NCBI GenBank assembly: GCA_963831485.1 | Contig: CAWHQE010000001.1 | Coordinates: 85,288 to 149,287, forward strand | Origin: an uncultured Alphaproteobacteria bacterium | GTDB lineage: Bacteria; Pseudomonadota; Alphaproteobacteria; Sphingomonadales; Sphingomonadaceae | DNA length: 64,000 nucleotides | Direction: 5' to 3' | Part shown: piece by piece, positions 34,120-44,689 of the stretch | How positions within the stretch are numbered: the first letter of the stretch is position 1 | How the letters are laid out: every line of letters begins with the position of its first letter | The notes under the pieces: model-generated | What the model was told of the DNA's origin: nothing | Seen by the model: the letters and a program-made list of their open reading frames with translations, nothing else | Databases searched by the model: none | Translations under genes and position numbers: made by a program

Positions 34120-35466
34120 ATGGACGCGACCGTCATTGCGATCACTCTTGTAGCGCTGCTGATCGGTGCTGCGCTCGGCTGGCTGTGGGCCGGTCGTGAG
34201 TTTGCCGGAGCGAAGCAAACGGCCGAGAACCTTCGGCTTCAACTCGACGAGGTGGTGAAGGAGCGCGACGCGAACCGCGAGGCCGCAACGAAGCTCGCCG
34301 CGCTGGAGGCCTCGCAGCTGGAGCGTGAACGCGGCTTTGAGGGCCGGATCAAGGAGCTAGTGGAGGCCAAGGAGGCGCTCTCGGCGCAATTCTCGGAAAT
34401 CAGCAACAAGCTGCTCGCCGAGGCGCAGGAAACGTTTCTCAAGCGCGCGGACCAGCGCTTCCGGCAATCTGAGGAGCATGCCGGTCAGAACCTGAAAGCG
34501 CTGCTCCAGCCCGTTCACGAGCGCCTGGAGCGTTATGAAACGACCGTTCAGAAGGTCGAGGCTGAGCGCCGCGACGCGTTCGGAATGCTTTCTGGCCAGA
34601 TCGAGGCGATGCGCACGGGGACCGAACGTGTGTCCGCAGAGGCCGCCAAGTTGGTGAATGCGCTTCGCAACGCGCCTAAGGCGAGGGGGCGCTGGGGCGA
34701 GCAGCAATTGCGCAACGTCCTCGAGAGTTGCGGCCTGTCCGAGCACTGCGATTTCGCGACCGAGGTCAGCGTAATGGACGGTGAGGGCGCCCGGCTTCGT
34801 CCGGATGTGGTCGTGCGCGTCCCTGGCGGACAGTCACTCGTGATCGACGCCAAGGTCTCGCTCAACGAATATCAGGACGCGTTCGGCGCCGTCGATGAAA
34901 CGGCGCGTGAGGCTCATCTGATAGCCCATGCGAACGCGATCCGCGCCCACGTGAACATGCTCGGCGCCAAGGCCTACTGGACCCAGTTCGACGATGCACC
35001 CGACTATGTCGTGATGTTCATTCCCGGCGAGCATTTCCTCACCGCCGCCCTCGAGCAGGATCCTACGCTTTGGGATTACGCGTTCGACAAGCGCGTGCTC
35101 CTGGCGACACCGACGAACCTCATCGCGATCGCTCGGACCGTTGCCGCGGTTTGGAGGCAGGAGCGCCTCGCCAAGGAGGCACGGCAGATCGGCGAACTCG
35201 GCAAGGAGCTTTACGAGCGGCTCGCCAAGGCTGCCGACGATCTGCGCAAGGTCGGCAGCGGACTGTCGACTGCTGTAAACAATTACAATAGCTTCGTCGC
35301 GAGTTTTGAGACACGTTCACTGGTTACCGCGCGCAAGTTCCGCGAGCTCAATATCGAGCCGGGCCGGCGCGATATCGATGTCCTCGCTCCGGTCGAAGCG
35401 CTTCCGCGTTACGCGGAGGAAGAGCTCCACCTCAGCGAAGATGACACCACCGCAGATCGCGGCTGA
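34120..35466 (+). CDS. rmuC: DNA recombination protein RmuC
   Basis: RGRWGEQQL, RPDVVV, IDAKVSL and LLATPTNL motifs; N-terminal TM helix plus coiled coil. Confidence 0.94.
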   Translation: MDATVIAITLVALLIGAALGWLWAGREFAGAKQTAENLRLQLDEVVKERDANREAATKLAALEASQLERERGFEGRIKELVEAKEALSAQFSEISNKLLAEAQETFLKRADQRFRQSEEHAGQNLKALLQPVHERLERYETTVQKVEAERRDAFGMLSGQIEAMRTGTERVSAEAAKLVNALRNAPKARGRWGEQQLRNVLESCGLSEHCDFATEVSVMDGEGARLRPDVVVRVPGGQSLVIDAKVSLNEYQDAFGAVDETAREAHLIAHANAIRAHVNMLGAKAYWTQFDDAPDYVVMFIPGEHFLTAALEQDPTLWDYAFDKRVLLATPTNLIAIARTVAAVWRQERLAKEARQIGELGKELYERLAKAADDLRKVGSGLSTAVNNYNSFVASFETRSLVTARKFRELNIEPGRRDIDVLAPVEALPRYAEEELHLSEDDTTADRG

Positions 35467-35473
35467 ATAGGAC

Positions 35474-35815
35474 TTAGAGCCCGCCGCATCCGTTGAAGCG
35501 CTGTCCGTCGACCGTCACCTGCACCTTGTCGGGATAGGCCCGGTCGCTCATGCCGTCGCTGCATGGCCCATGGACGATGTTCACGTTGATCCGCTGCGTC
35601 TGGTAGATCTCGCCGGCGAAACCGTGGATCACGGCGGGTGTGGGCTGCTCGATCGGCCGCTGGTCGGGCCGAACGAATGTCACGTCATGCTCGTCGATCA
35701 GCAGGTTCCAGAACGGTTCGGTCCCCAGCGCGTGGTAAGGCGCCGGCGGCGGCCCGGGCAAAGGCGCACACGCAGCCGTGGCGGCAATCAGCGAGACTGG
35801 AAATACTCTCTTCAT
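35474..35815 (-). CDS. Small lipoprotein of the ALGTEPFW (COG3650-like) type
   Basis: Signal ending TAAC, then ALGTEPFW and CSDGMSDRAYP...GCGG. Confidence 0.75.
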   Translation of the reverse strand: MKRVFPVSLIAATAACAPLPGPPPAPYHALGTEPFWNLLIDEHDVTFVRPDQRPIEQPTPAVIHGFAGEIYQTQRINVNIVHGPCSDGMSDRAYPDKVQVTVDGQRFNGCGGL

Positions 35816-35824
35816 GCACCGAAC

Positions 35825-35849
35825 AACCGTGGACGAGTAGTGCTGTTCC
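35825..35849 (-). promoter_or_regulatory. ECF-type promoter GGAAC-N16-GGTT
   Basis: Minus-strand match whose -10 ends 9 nt before ATG 35815. Confidence 0.55.
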
Positions 35850-35850
35850 G

Positions 35851-36648
35851 TCACCGCCAGCTTGCCTTGATTGCGAACGCCATCACCGCAGCGGCCATTG
35901 CCGCGTTCAGGCTGTCCGCCTTTCCCGCCATAGGGATCTTCACCAACAGGTCGCACTCCGCCTCATAATCCGCGGGCAGCCCTTGCTGCTCATTGCCGAT
36001 GAGAAGGAAGCACGGCTTGCGATACTCGGCGTCCAGGTAATTATGCGTCGCCTTGAGGCTGGTTCCAGCGAGCTGGCTTTCTCTGGACCGGAGCCAGGCC
36101 AGGAACTCACTCCAGCGTGCCGTGGCGATGTCCTGGGTAAAGATTGCTCCCATCGACGCCCGCACAGCCTCGACCGAAAAGGGATCCGCGCAATCGTCGA
36201 TCAGGATCAGTCCGCCAGCGCCAACCGCATCTCCTGTCCTCAGGATCGTGCCGATGTTCCCGGGATCGCGAAGTGCCTGGGCGACGATCCACAGCGGCGC
36301 CTTGGTCCGGTCGATCTGGGCGAGGGAGCTCTCGGGCTGCCGGTAGGCGCCGAGCAGCATCTGCGGATTGTCCTTGCCGCTCATCTTGGAAAGGATGTCG
36401 GGCGTCGTCTCGACCGCATCTCCGCCCGCCGCTTCAGTCGCCGCGATGATCTCCGCCGCAAGCGGGTGCGTGGCGCCCTCGGGCGAGTAGACGACGATCT
36501 CGGGCAGGCGTCCGCTGTCGCGCGCTTCGGTCAGGATCCGAAGCCCCTCGGCGAGGAAAAGGCCTTCTTCGCGCCGCGCCTTCTTGTCGCGGAGCGAGCG
36601 CAGCAGCTTCACCGTGGAGTTGGAAAAGGCGGTGACTTGGCGGGGCAT
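35851..36648 (-). CDS. TrmH/SpoU family RNA methyltransferase
   Basis: DPGNIGTILRT, IGNEQQG and SLNAAMA SPOUT motifs; own ATG at 36648 (the ORF track fuses it to ptsH). Confidence 0.92.
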   Translation of the reverse strand: MPRQVTAFSNSTVKLLRSLRDKKARREEGLFLAEGLRILTEARDSGRLPEIVVYSPEGATHPLAAEIIAATEAAGGDAVETTPDILSKMSGKDNPQMLLGAYRQPESSLAQIDRTKAPLWIVAQALRDPGNIGTILRTGDAVGAGGLILIDDCADPFSVEAVRASMGAIFTQDIATARWSEFLAWLRSRESQLAGTSLKATHNYLDAEYRKPCFLLIGNEQQGLPADYEAECDLLVKIPMAGKADSLNAAMAAAVMAFAIKASWR

Positions 36649-36921
36649 TATTCTTCCCCGAACCGCTCCTCGACGAGCGCCACCAACTTGTCCAGCGCCT
36701 CTTCGGCATTCTCGCCATCGACGTGGATGATGATCGCGTCGCCCATTGCCGCACCGAGCATCATCAGCCCCATGATGGAGGTTCCGCACACCTTGTTCGA
36801 AATCCTTCTCGACCTCGATCGGAATCCCGATCTCGCTCGCTAGATTGACGAACTTGGCGCTCGCCCGTGCGTGAAGCCCGCGTTGGTTGGTGATCCGAAC
36901 CTCGCGGCTGACCACCGTCAA
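36648..36921 (-). CDS. ptsH: Phosphocarrier protein HPr, with a +1 indel near 36801
   Basis: GLHARASAKFV; removing one base gives EKDSNKVCGTSIMGLMMLGA and a 90-aa protein. Confidence 0.9.
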
Positions 36922-37325
36922 GCGGCGGCCTCGCCCAGGATTTCCGAAGCGACGGAGATATATTTGCGCCCGGCCTCGCGAGCAGCGGCTACAGCGGCAT
37001 GAACCGGCATGACCTTGCGCGCGCCTTCGAGGCGGATGAGCATCGGGAGGTTCACTCCGGCGATGACCTCGACATTCTCGCCCTTCATCAGGCTGATGGC
37101 GAGGTTGGAGGGCGTGCCGCCGAACAGGTCGGTGAGGATGATCACGCCCTTGCCGAGGTCGACCCGGGCGATCGCGGCCGCGATATCCTTGCGCCGGCTT
37201 TCCATGTCGTCGTCAGGGCCGATGCAGATCGCCTCGATCGCTTCCTGGGGGCCGACTACATGCTCCATCGCGGTGACGAATTCGGCCGCCAGCCGGCCGT
37301 GGGTCACCAGCACCAATCCAATCAT
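36918..37325 (-). CDS. PTS EIIA component, mannose/fructose type
   Basis: LVTHGRLA, TDLFGGTPSN and GVNLPML motifs. Confidence 0.93.
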   Translation of the reverse strand: MIGLVLVTHGRLAAEFVTAMEHVVGPQEAIEAICIGPDDDMESRRKDIAAAIARVDLGKGVIILTDLFGGTPSNLAISLMKGENVEVIAGVNLPMLIRLEGARKVMPVHAAVAAAREAGRKYISVASEILGEAAA

Positions 37326-38250
37326 CGATTCAACTCGTCCTCGCCCTCGCTTGCCGAAGCGCGCCCGGGATGCCGTTCGATCGTGTCCCTCGGAGGTGAG
37401 GCGAGATCACGGTGACGTACATTCGGAGCAAATCCGGCACCGCCAACCGTTCCGCCATTTCGACTGCTGCTGCCACCGAGCGGTGGCGCCCCCCTGTACA
37501 TCCGAATGCAACGGTCACGTAACTTTTGCCCGCGGCCCAGTAGCGGGGAATCCAGTCGATGAGAAGCGATTCGATGCGGTCGATTGTCTCACTCCAGGCC
37601 GGTTCGGCTTCGAGATAGGCGCGAACCTCCAAATCGGCGCCCGTCAGCGGCCGAAGCTCGTCGACCCAATGGGGGTTTGGAAGGAAGCGCAGGTCGAAGA
37701 CCAGGTCGGCGGTTCGCGAAATGCCACGGGCGAAACCGAAGGATGCGATCGTCAACACCGGCTGGTCGGAGTCGCCGCCGTAACGCCGCTGAAGCTCATC
37801 GCGGAGTTCGGCGGGGCTGAGGTCGGTGGTGTCGAGGACGCTGTCGGCCCCGTTCCTCAGCGCCAGCGTCAATTGCCGCTCGCGAGCGATTCCGTCCTCT
37901 GCGGGCCGGTCCGGAGCAAGCGGATGTCTGCGGCGGGTCTCGTCGTAGCGCCGCATGAGCTCGGTTCCGGAGCAATCGAGATAGAGGATTTCGGGTTCGA
38001 CGCCCTCGATCGAGCGGATAAGGTCGGGGAGGCGTTGCGGGTCGAACCCGCGGCTCCGAGCGTCCATCGCGACCGCGACGGAAGCCGTTCGACATTGGTC
38101 GCCGCCGTTAACGAAGGCACTGAGAAGGTCCGTCGGAAGATTGTCCACGACGTCCCAGCCCATGTCCTCGAGGGTGTCTAGGACTGTCGATTTGCCCGCG
38201 CCCGACATCCCCGTGACGAGGAGAAGGCGCGGCTGGTGGCGTTTCGCCAT
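37322..38250 (-). CDS. rapZ: RNase adapter RapZ, with a probable -1 indel near 37440
   Basis: TGMSGAGKS, VDNLP, DLRFLPNPHW and GCTGGRHRSV motifs; the corrected tail stops over the EIIA ATG. Confidence 0.9.
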
Positions 38251-38706
38251 CAGAACTTCAGGCCCAAGCGGTCGAGGGCGATCGCGATTTTCGACGGCGC
38301 AGAAGCGGTCGTTGCGTCAATTGAGATCAAAGGAAGCGCTACTCCGAGGATCGTCCGCTCGCGGCTGTCGTCCGGCATGCGCTCGATGTCGCTCGTCAGC
38401 TCGACGACCATTGCGACGGGCACGTCGCTGATGTGGTCGATTTCGACGATGCCAATGCCGCGCACTTCGAGCTTGCCGGCGATGTTGGGCGCAGCTGCGG
38501 CGATCAGGCGGTCTCCCTCGCGCTTGACGACAGTCTGGTCGTCGCTGACGAGGCGTGAACCCGCGATCGAGCAAACGCAGCGCGAGGTCCGACTTGCCCG
38601 ATCCGGAAGCGCCGGTGATGAGGACAGCGCGACGGCCGAGGGCGACGGTGCTCGCATGGATGGATTCTGCCGACAGCCGGGGCGCCGCTCCCCCGATCTG
38701 GCTCAT
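38250..38706 (-). CDS. hprK: HPr kinase/phosphorylase, with a +1 indel near 38552
   Basis: IHASTV and GASGSGKSDLALRL in one frame; LVSDD and LEVRGIGI in the next. Confidence 0.88.
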
Positions 38707-40274
38707 GAGCGATCTGCCGCCGGGAGGCGGATCGTGAAGCGGGCGCCCGATGGCGCATCATCGCGATCGTGCACGTCAATCTCCCCGTCGTGGCCTTTGA
38801 CGATAGCCTGGGCGATAGCAAGGCCGAGCCCCGAGTGACGGCCGAAACTCTCGCCCTCCGGTCTCACCGAATGGAAGCGGTTGAAGATCGCTTCGCGGGC
38901 TTCGGGCGGGACGCCCGGGCCCTCATCGTCGACGCGGATTCGGATCTCGTCGCCAACATGCGCCGCAGCGATCTCGACGAGGCCCCCAGGCGGCGAAAAG
39001 CTGACGGCATTGTCGATGATCGCGTTGATCGCCCGAGCGAGCCGGTCCGGCTTGCCCATGACCACCGCAGTATCCTTGCGCGGACGGGCGAAGGCGAGGC
39101 GCGCATCGCCAGTCTCCCGGCGACTCTCCCAGCCCGTGACGATCTGTTCGATGAGGGGCCCGAGGTCGACCCGCTCGAAGGCGGCGCGATGAAGCTCGGC
39201 ATCGGTCCGCGCTGCTTCCCCGATATCGTTGATGAGGCGGTCCAGCCGAGCGACATCCTCGCGCGCGATGGTCATCAGCCGCTGCCGGAGCTCAGGATCG
39301 TCGACACGGTCGAGGCCGTCGACTGCCGAGCGTAGCGACGCGAGCGGGTTCTTCAGTTCGTGGCTGACGTCCGCAGCGAAGGCATCGATATTGTCGATTC
39401 GCTGGCGCAGCGATTGGCTCATGTCGGAGACCGCGCGGGCGAGCAGACCGATCTCGTCATTCCGCTTTGGGAGTCGAGGCACGTTGACTTCGCGCGCGCG
39501 GCCCAGGCGCACCCGATGCGCGGCAACGGCGAGGCGCCGCAGCGGCCTCGCGATCGTACGCGCCAGGAACATCGAAAGCAGCACGGAGATGGCGATGAGA
39601 ACACCCATCGCGCCGACGATGAGCGCCCGCTCGTGACGAACCGCCTTGGTGAAGGTGCGGTCATTGTCGGTCGCGAGGAGGACTCCGCCTTCGAACGGCA
39701 CCGCCGATGAAATGACTGGTGACAGATCCGGCGCATTGCGGACTTCAGTATTGGGTCGTCCCAGCTGGCGAGCCTTGACCGCCTCGGGCCACGCCTCGAG
39801 CCGATCGATCTTCGGTTCGACATAATCGTCCAGCGATTTCGCGCCGACGATAAAGTTAAAGCCCTTGTCGAACGCCAACGCGACATCCTGCGTCCATTTT
39901 TGGGTGGTCGGGTCGCGCAGCTCCCAAGTTGGGCCGGTCAGCTTCCAGCTGTCGATCAGCAGGGAACCGTTGTGGTCGTACAGGCGGAAGCGATCGTCCG
40001 TAACCTTCGAAGCGGTCGCCAGCAGTGCCGGCCATTGCGAGGCCGGCACGCTTGTCATCGCCGCGACCGCGGTCGCCGTTTCGAGCCGGGTCTGCTGTGT
40101 ACGTTCCTTGCTAAGCCGATGACGAAACGCGTCCAGGTAGAGCGTGCTCAGGATGACCAGGAGCGCGGTAATGACGTTAAGCGCAAGAATTCGGTGCGTG
40201 AGCGTCCAGCGACCCTCCCAGCGGAGCTGGGGATCGGGCAGCTCACTGCTCGTCGAATCGGTAACCGACGCCAT
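38703..40274 (-). CDS. chvG: Sensor histidine kinase ChvG/ExoS
   Basis: Two TM helices, [17 protein letters not shown] and HSGLGLAI; upstream of hprK; ATG 40274 preferred as start. Confidence 0.92.
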   Translation of the reverse strand: MASVTDSTSSELPDPQLRWEGRWTLTHRILALNVITALLVILSTLYLDAFRHRLSKERTQQTRLETATAVAAMTSVPASQWPALLATASKVTDDRFRLYDHNGSLLIDSWKLTGPTWELRDPTTQKWTQDVALAFDKGFNFIVGAKSLDDYVEPKIDRLEAWPEAVKARQLGRPNTEVRNAPDLSPVISSAVPFEGGVLLATDNDRTFTKAVRHERALIVGAMGVLIAISVLLSMFLARTIARPLRRLAVAAHRVRLGRAREVNVPRLPKRNDEIGLLARAVSDMSQSLRQRIDNIDAFAADVSHELKNPLASLRSAVDGLDRVDDPELRQRLMTIAREDVARLDRLINDIGEAARTDAELHRAAFERVDLGPLIEQIVTGWESRRETGDARLAFARPRKDTAVVMGKPDRLARAINAIIDNAVSFSPPGGLVEIAAAHVGDEIRIRVDDEGPGVPPEAREAIFNRFHSVRPEGESFGRHSGLGLAIAQAIVKGHDGEIDVHDRDDAPSGARFTIRLPAADRS

Positions 40275-40953
40275 AGAGGGTCTCGATCGCGTCGAATTCC
40301 AAATCGACGCTGCGGAACTTGCGGCGGATGCGCTTGATGTGGCTGTCGATGGTTCGGTCGTCGACATAGACGTCGTCGCTGTAGGCGACGTCGAGAAGCT
40401 GGTTGCGGGTCTTCACGACGCCCGGCCGCTGGGCGAGCGCCTCCAGAATCAGGAATTCGGTGACGGTGAGACTGACATCCTTTCCGCTCCACCTGACCTT
40501 GTGTCGGGCCGGGTCCATCATCAGGCGTCCGCGCTCCAGCGGGGGCGGATCGTCCTCGGCCATCGCCTCTTCGGCACCGCCGCGCTCGAGTTCCTGCCGG
40601 CGAAGGATCGCGCGGATGCGAGCAATCAGCAGACGCTGCGAGAAGGGCTTCGAGATATAATCGTCGGCACCCATTGCGAGGCCTAGGGCCTCGTCGAGCT
40701 CGTCATCCTTCGACGTAAGAAAGATCACCGGCATCGGGCTGAACTCACGCACCCGGCGCAGCAACTCCATCCCGTCGAGATTGGGCATCTTGATGTCGAA
40801 TACGCCCAGATCCGGTGGATTGTCGTTAATCGCCTTCAGCGCAGCTACGGAATCCGAATAGACGCGCGTCACGAAACCCTCTTGCTGGAGGGCGATCGAG
40901 ACCGAAGTCAGGATATTGCGGTCATCATCGACCAGCGCGATCACATGGTTCAT
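40243..40953 (-). CDS. chvI: Response regulator ChvI
   Basis: [16 protein letters not shown] and [12 protein letters not shown]; divergent from pckA. Confidence 0.94.
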   Translation of the reverse strand: MNHVIALVDDDRNILTSVSIALQQEGFVTRVYSDSVAALKAINDNPPDLGVFDIKMPNLDGMELLRRVREFSPMPVIFLTSKDDELDEALGLAMGADDYISKPFSQRLLIARIRAILRRQELERGGAEEAMAEDDPPPLERGRLMMDPARHKVRWSGKDVSLTVTEFLILEALAQRPGVVKTRNQLLDVAYSDDVYVDDRTIDSHIKRIRRKFRSVDLEFDAIETLYGVGYRFDEQ

Positions 40954-41084
40954 TGGCCGCTCTGTCGATGCCTTTGCCGAATGGGTGAGGGGATTAGCCC
41001 ACCAGGCGTGCCGCGCACAAGCGCGGCGGCGCCGGACCGCACGTTAATGTTAGCGTTACCGTAGGATGTCAGGTGCTTAACGGC

Positions 41085-41148
41085 GGTCAATCCGTTTTGA
41101 CCACGCAACCTTTTCGTGCCTATAGGCGCTCGGTTTGCATACGTATGC
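41085..41148 (+). promoter_or_regulatory. Probable pckA sigma70 promoter with flanking palindromes
   Basis: TTGACC-N18-TATAGG; GGTCAA-N6-TTGACC over the -35; GCATACGTATGC at 41137-41148. Confidence 0.55.
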
Positions 41149-41209
41149 GGCGGCAGGCCTGACACCGGCCGTCGCCGCTTTCGACATGTTTTGAAAGGAA
41201 AATTTTTCC

Positions 41210-42856
41210 GTGAACGAACGAGTTCCGCGCCGCGGGCTTGATGTGCAGGGTATCGCGACCAAGGCCGAAATCTTCTGGAATCTGACCACTGCGCCGCTGG
41301 TGGAACATTCCGTGCGGCGTGGGGAAGGTTTGCTCGCAAAGGACGGGCCGCTCGTGGTCCGTACGGGAAAGCACACGGGCCGGAGCGCGAAGGACAAGTT
41401 CACGGTCAGGGATGACCTCACAGCGGACGTGGTCTGGTGGAACGACGGCAACAAGCCGATGGACCCTGAGGCGTTCGATCGCCTTAAGGAGGATTTCCTG
41501 CTGGCGCTCGCCGACCAGGAGCAGCTCTACGTTGCTGATCTCTACGGCGGCTCGCAGCCCGAGCACCGGGTCAAGGTCCGGGTGATCAACGAGCTCGCCT
41601 GGCACAACCTCTTCATCCGAACGCTGCTTGTTCGTCCCGAAGCCGGCGAGCTGGCCGACTTCGATCCGGAATTCACGATCATCGACCTGCCGAGCTTTCG
41701 CGCCGATCCTGAGCGCCACGGCAGCCGCACCGAGACCGTCGTTGCGGTCAACTTCTCGAAGAAGCTGATCCTGATCGGCGGCACCTCTTATGCCGGCGAG
41801 ATGAAAAAGTCGGTGTTTGGGCTCCTGAACTTCCTTCTTCCGCCGCAGGGCATCATGCCAATGCACTGCTCAGCGAACATCGGCCCGAAGGGCGATACTG
41901 CGATCTTCTTCGGTCTTTCGGGTACCGGAAAGACGACCCTGTCGGCCGACCCGAACCGCACCCTCATCGGCGACGACGAGCATGGCTGGTCGGATACCGC
42001 GGTCTTCAACTTCGAGGGCGGTTGCTATGCCAAGATGATCCGGCTCTCGGCCGAGTCCGAGCCAGAGATCTACGCCACGACCAAGCGTTTCGGCACGGTG
42101 CTCGAGAATGTGGTGATCGACCCCGTCACGCGCGAGCTCAACCTCGACGACCCGACGCTCGCCGAGAACAGCCGCGGTGCCTATCCGATCGATTTCATCC
42201 CGAACTCGTCGGACGAGAATATGGGGCCGGTACCTAAGAACGTCGTCATGCTGACCGCCGATGCGTTCGGCGTGCTTCCTCCGATCGCCAAGCTGACGCC
42301 CGAGCAGGCGATGTATCACTTCCTGTCCGGCTACACCGCCAAGGTTGCGGGGACCGAGATTGGCGTGACCGAGCCGCAGGCGACTTTCTCGACCTGCTTC
42401 GGCGCGCCGTTCATGCCGCGGCATCCGTCAGTCTACGGTAACCTGCTCAAGAAGCGGATCGCCGAAGGAAGCGTCGACTGCTGGCTGGTCAATACCGGAT
42501 GGACCGGCGGCAAGTACGGCGTGGGCAAGCGCATGCCGATCAAGGCGACCCGAGCGCTGCTCAATGCAGCGCTCGACGGAAGCCTCAAGAAGGGCAAGTT
42601 TCGAAAGGACCCGAATTTCGGGTTCGACGTGCCGGTCGAGCTTCCGGGCTGCACGGAGCTGCTCGATCCCAAGAGCACGTGGGGCAAGCCGGCGGAATAT
42701 GATGCGATGGCTGCGAAGCTCGTCGATCTCTTCGTGGAGAACTTCAAGCAGTTCGCCGACTCGGTCGACGAGGGCGTGCGCCAAGCGGCGCCCAAGGTGA
42801 CCGGGCAAGCGCGACAACAAGCGCAAGCTCAGCCCGCCCAAACCACGTCAGCTTAG
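41210..42856 (+). CDS. pckA: Phosphoenolpyruvate carboxykinase (ATP)
   Basis: [34 protein letters not shown] and EGGCYAK motifs. Confidence 0.98.
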   Translation: MNERVPRRGLDVQGIATKAEIFWNLTTAPLVEHSVRRGEGLLAKDGPLVVRTGKHTGRSAKDKFTVRDDLTADVVWWNDGNKPMDPEAFDRLKEDFLLALADQEQLYVADLYGGSQPEHRVKVRVINELAWHNLFIRTLLVRPEAGELADFDPEFTIIDLPSFRADPERHGSRTETVVAVNFSKKLILIGGTSYAGEMKKSVFGLLNFLLPPQGIMPMHCSANIGPKGDTAIFFGLSGTGKTTLSADPNRTLIGDDEHGWSDTAVFNFEGGCYAKMIRLSAESEPEIYATTKRFGTVLENVVIDPVTRELNLDDPTLAENSRGAYPIDFIPNSSDENMGPVPKNVVMLTADAFGVLPPIAKLTPEQAMYHFLSGYTAKVAGTEIGVTEPQATFSTCFGAPFMPRHPSVYGNLLKKRIAEGSVDCWLVNTGWTGGKYGVGKRMPIKATRALLNAALDGSLKKGKFRKDPNFGFDVPVELPGCTELLDPKSTWGKPAEYDAMAAKLVDLFVENFKQFADSVDEGVRQAAPKVTGQARQQAQAQPAQTTSA

Positions 42857-42860
42857 GCCT

Positions 42861-42901
42861 GGTCATCGATCGGGCCCTCCATCAGGACCCGATCGATGAC
42901 C
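42861..42901 (+). other. Strong inverted repeat covering the next gene's SD and ATG
   Basis: GGTCATCGATCGGG and CCCGATCGATGACC form a perfect 14-bp stem; no U tract follows. Confidence 0.85.
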
Positions 42902-43342
42902 GAATTCCATCCGCGAACTTTTCACTCCGACGCCGAGATTGAACATATCGGCGAGGGCCTTCTCGCGCGCTCTCTGCAGCGATCCGAATGGTCGCATGAG
43001 GCGCATCTCGCCGCGACCATTTACTTGCTGCTGAGGCGGCCCGACGTCGACATCGATAGGGAGCTGCCCGGCATCATCCGCAGCTACAACGAGAGCGTCG
43101 GCGGGGTGAATAGCGACACCGAAGGCTATCACGAGACTATCACAAGGGTGTTCCTTCACGGCGTTCGGCTATTTCTCGAGGAAGCCGATGAGATCGAGCC
43201 GATCCACGAGCTGGTGAACCAGCTGCTGCTGTCGCCGATGGGAAGACGTGATTGGCCGCTGCGCTTCTATTCGCCGGCGCTGCTCTTCACCGTCGAGGCC
43301 CGGCGGAATTTCGTCGATCCGGACCTCGCGGCGCTTCCCTGA
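42896..43342 (+). CDS. Conserved-looking hypothetical protein
   Basis: 148 aa with host-like codon use; WSHEAHL and GYHETIT segments. Confidence 0.75.
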   Translation: MTEFHPRTFHSDAEIEHIGEGLLARSLQRSEWSHEAHLAATIYLLLRRPDVDIDRELPGIIRSYNESVGGVNSDTEGYHETITRVFLHGVRLFLEEADEIEPIHELVNQLLLSPMGRRDWPLRFYSPALLFTVEARRNFVDPDLAALP

Positions 43343-43369
43343 AACAGTTGTTATGGGGCAGGGGGGAGC

Positions 43370-44689
43370 ATGATCCGTCGTACTTCTCTAATCCTGGCCG
43401 CGCTGCTCCTGACTGGGGCCGCGGTCCCGGACTCACCGCCAATTCCGCCGAGCGCCGTCTATCGCCATGCGTCCCTCATCGATGGGACTGGGCGCGCAAT
43501 TCAGCGCGACATGGCCGTGCTGACAGATGGCGATCAGATCTCCGCCGTTCTTCCCGACGGGGCGCTCACTCCTAAGGAACTCCAGGACCGACAGCAGGTC
43601 GATCTCACCGGCAGATATCTCCTCCCTGGCTACATCAACTCGCACCAGCATTTGGCGACGCCGCCAAACCGGCCTGAAGCCGAAGCGCGGTTGAAGCGTG
43701 ACGCATACAGCGGCATTACCGCGACCCGCGACATGGCCGATGACTTGCGCCAAGTCGCCGACCTCGCTCGTGCTGCCCGCGTCGGCGAGATTCCTTCGCC
43801 CGACATCTATTACGCCGCGCTGATGGCGGGACCGAGCTTTTTCGAGGACCCGCGCACGCAGGCGATTGCGCAAGGGGCGACGGCCGGCGAGGTGCCGTGG
43901 GAACAGGCGATCGACGACAATGCCGACCTCAATATCGCAGTCGCCAAAGCCGCCGGTACCTATGCGACAGCGGTTAAGATCTACGCGAACCTTTCCGGCC
44001 ACCTCGTCGCAGGGATCACGAGGGCGGCGCATGGACTTGGCATGCGTGTGTGGGCGCACGGGATGGTGTTCCCGGCGACACCGCAGGAGGTCGTGGACGC
44101 AGGCGTCGATACGGTCTCGCACACTTGCTACCTGGCTTATCAGGCGATGCCGAAGCGGCCGGATTCATACCAGCGCCGCTTTCCCATCGATGCTTCGCTC
44201 TTCGCGCACGACAATCCTGCGATGAAAAAGCTCTACGGCGATATGAAGCGCCGCGGCACGATCCTCGACGCGACGCTGCACGTCTATCGTGAGGTCGAGG
44301 CTGCCGCGAAGGAGGCGCACAAGCCGCCGCTTTGCACGGTGGCGCTGGCCGGCAAGCTGACGAACCAGGCCTTTCGCTCCGGAGTGACGATCTCGACCGG
44401 AACCGATGGTGACACGGAACTCACAGATCCCTGGCCTTCACTGTTCGACGAGTTTGAGCTGCTGCACGATGCCGCAGGCCTACCGCCGATGGCGGTCATT
44501 CAGGCAGCCACGCTCAACGGAGCAAAGTCGATCGGCAAGCCGAACGAAATGGGCACTATCGCTCCGCGCAAGCTCGCGAATATGGTCGTCCTCTCCGCCA
44601 ACCCCCTCGAGGACGTGCGCAACATGCGGTCCGTCGTCATGACGGTGAAACGGGGGCGGCAATTCCCGAGGTCGGACTACAAGCGTTAA
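43370..44689 (+). CDS. Secreted metal-dependent amidohydrolase
   Basis: Signal peptide; LLPGYINSHQH (HxH), VKIY, WAHG, GTDG and ATLNGA motifs. Confidence 0.85.
   Translation: MIRRTSLILAALLLTGAAVPDSPPIPPSAVYRHASLIDGTGRAIQRDMAVLTDGDQISAVLPDGALTPKELQDRQQVDLTGRYLLPGYINSHQHLATPPNRPEAEARLKRDAYSGITATRDMADDLRQVADLARAARVGEIPSPDIYYAALMAGPSFFEDPRTQAIAQGATAGEVPWEQAIDDNADLNIAVAKAAGTYATAVKIYANLSGHLVAGITRAAHGLGMRVWAHGMVFPATPQEVVDAGVDTVSHTCYLAYQAMPKRPDSYQRRFPIDASLFAHDNPAMKKLYGDMKRRGTILDATLHVYREVEAAAKEAHKPPLCTVALAGKLTNQAFRSGVTISTGTDGDTELTDPWPSLFDEFELLHDAAGLPPMAVIQAATLNGAKSIGKPNEMGTIAPRKLANMVVLSANPLEDVRNMRSVVMTVKRGRQFPRSDYKR

Noticed and set aside
35851-36921. Apparent 356-aa HPr-TrmH fusion in the ORF track
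   Set aside because: It is created by the single extra base near 36801. HPr has its own TAA at 36648-36650 and the methyltransferase its own ATG.
41044-41091. CtrA boxes in the chvI/pckA region
   Set aside because: TTAA half-sites are present, but the second half or spacing does not fit TTAA-N7-TTAA.
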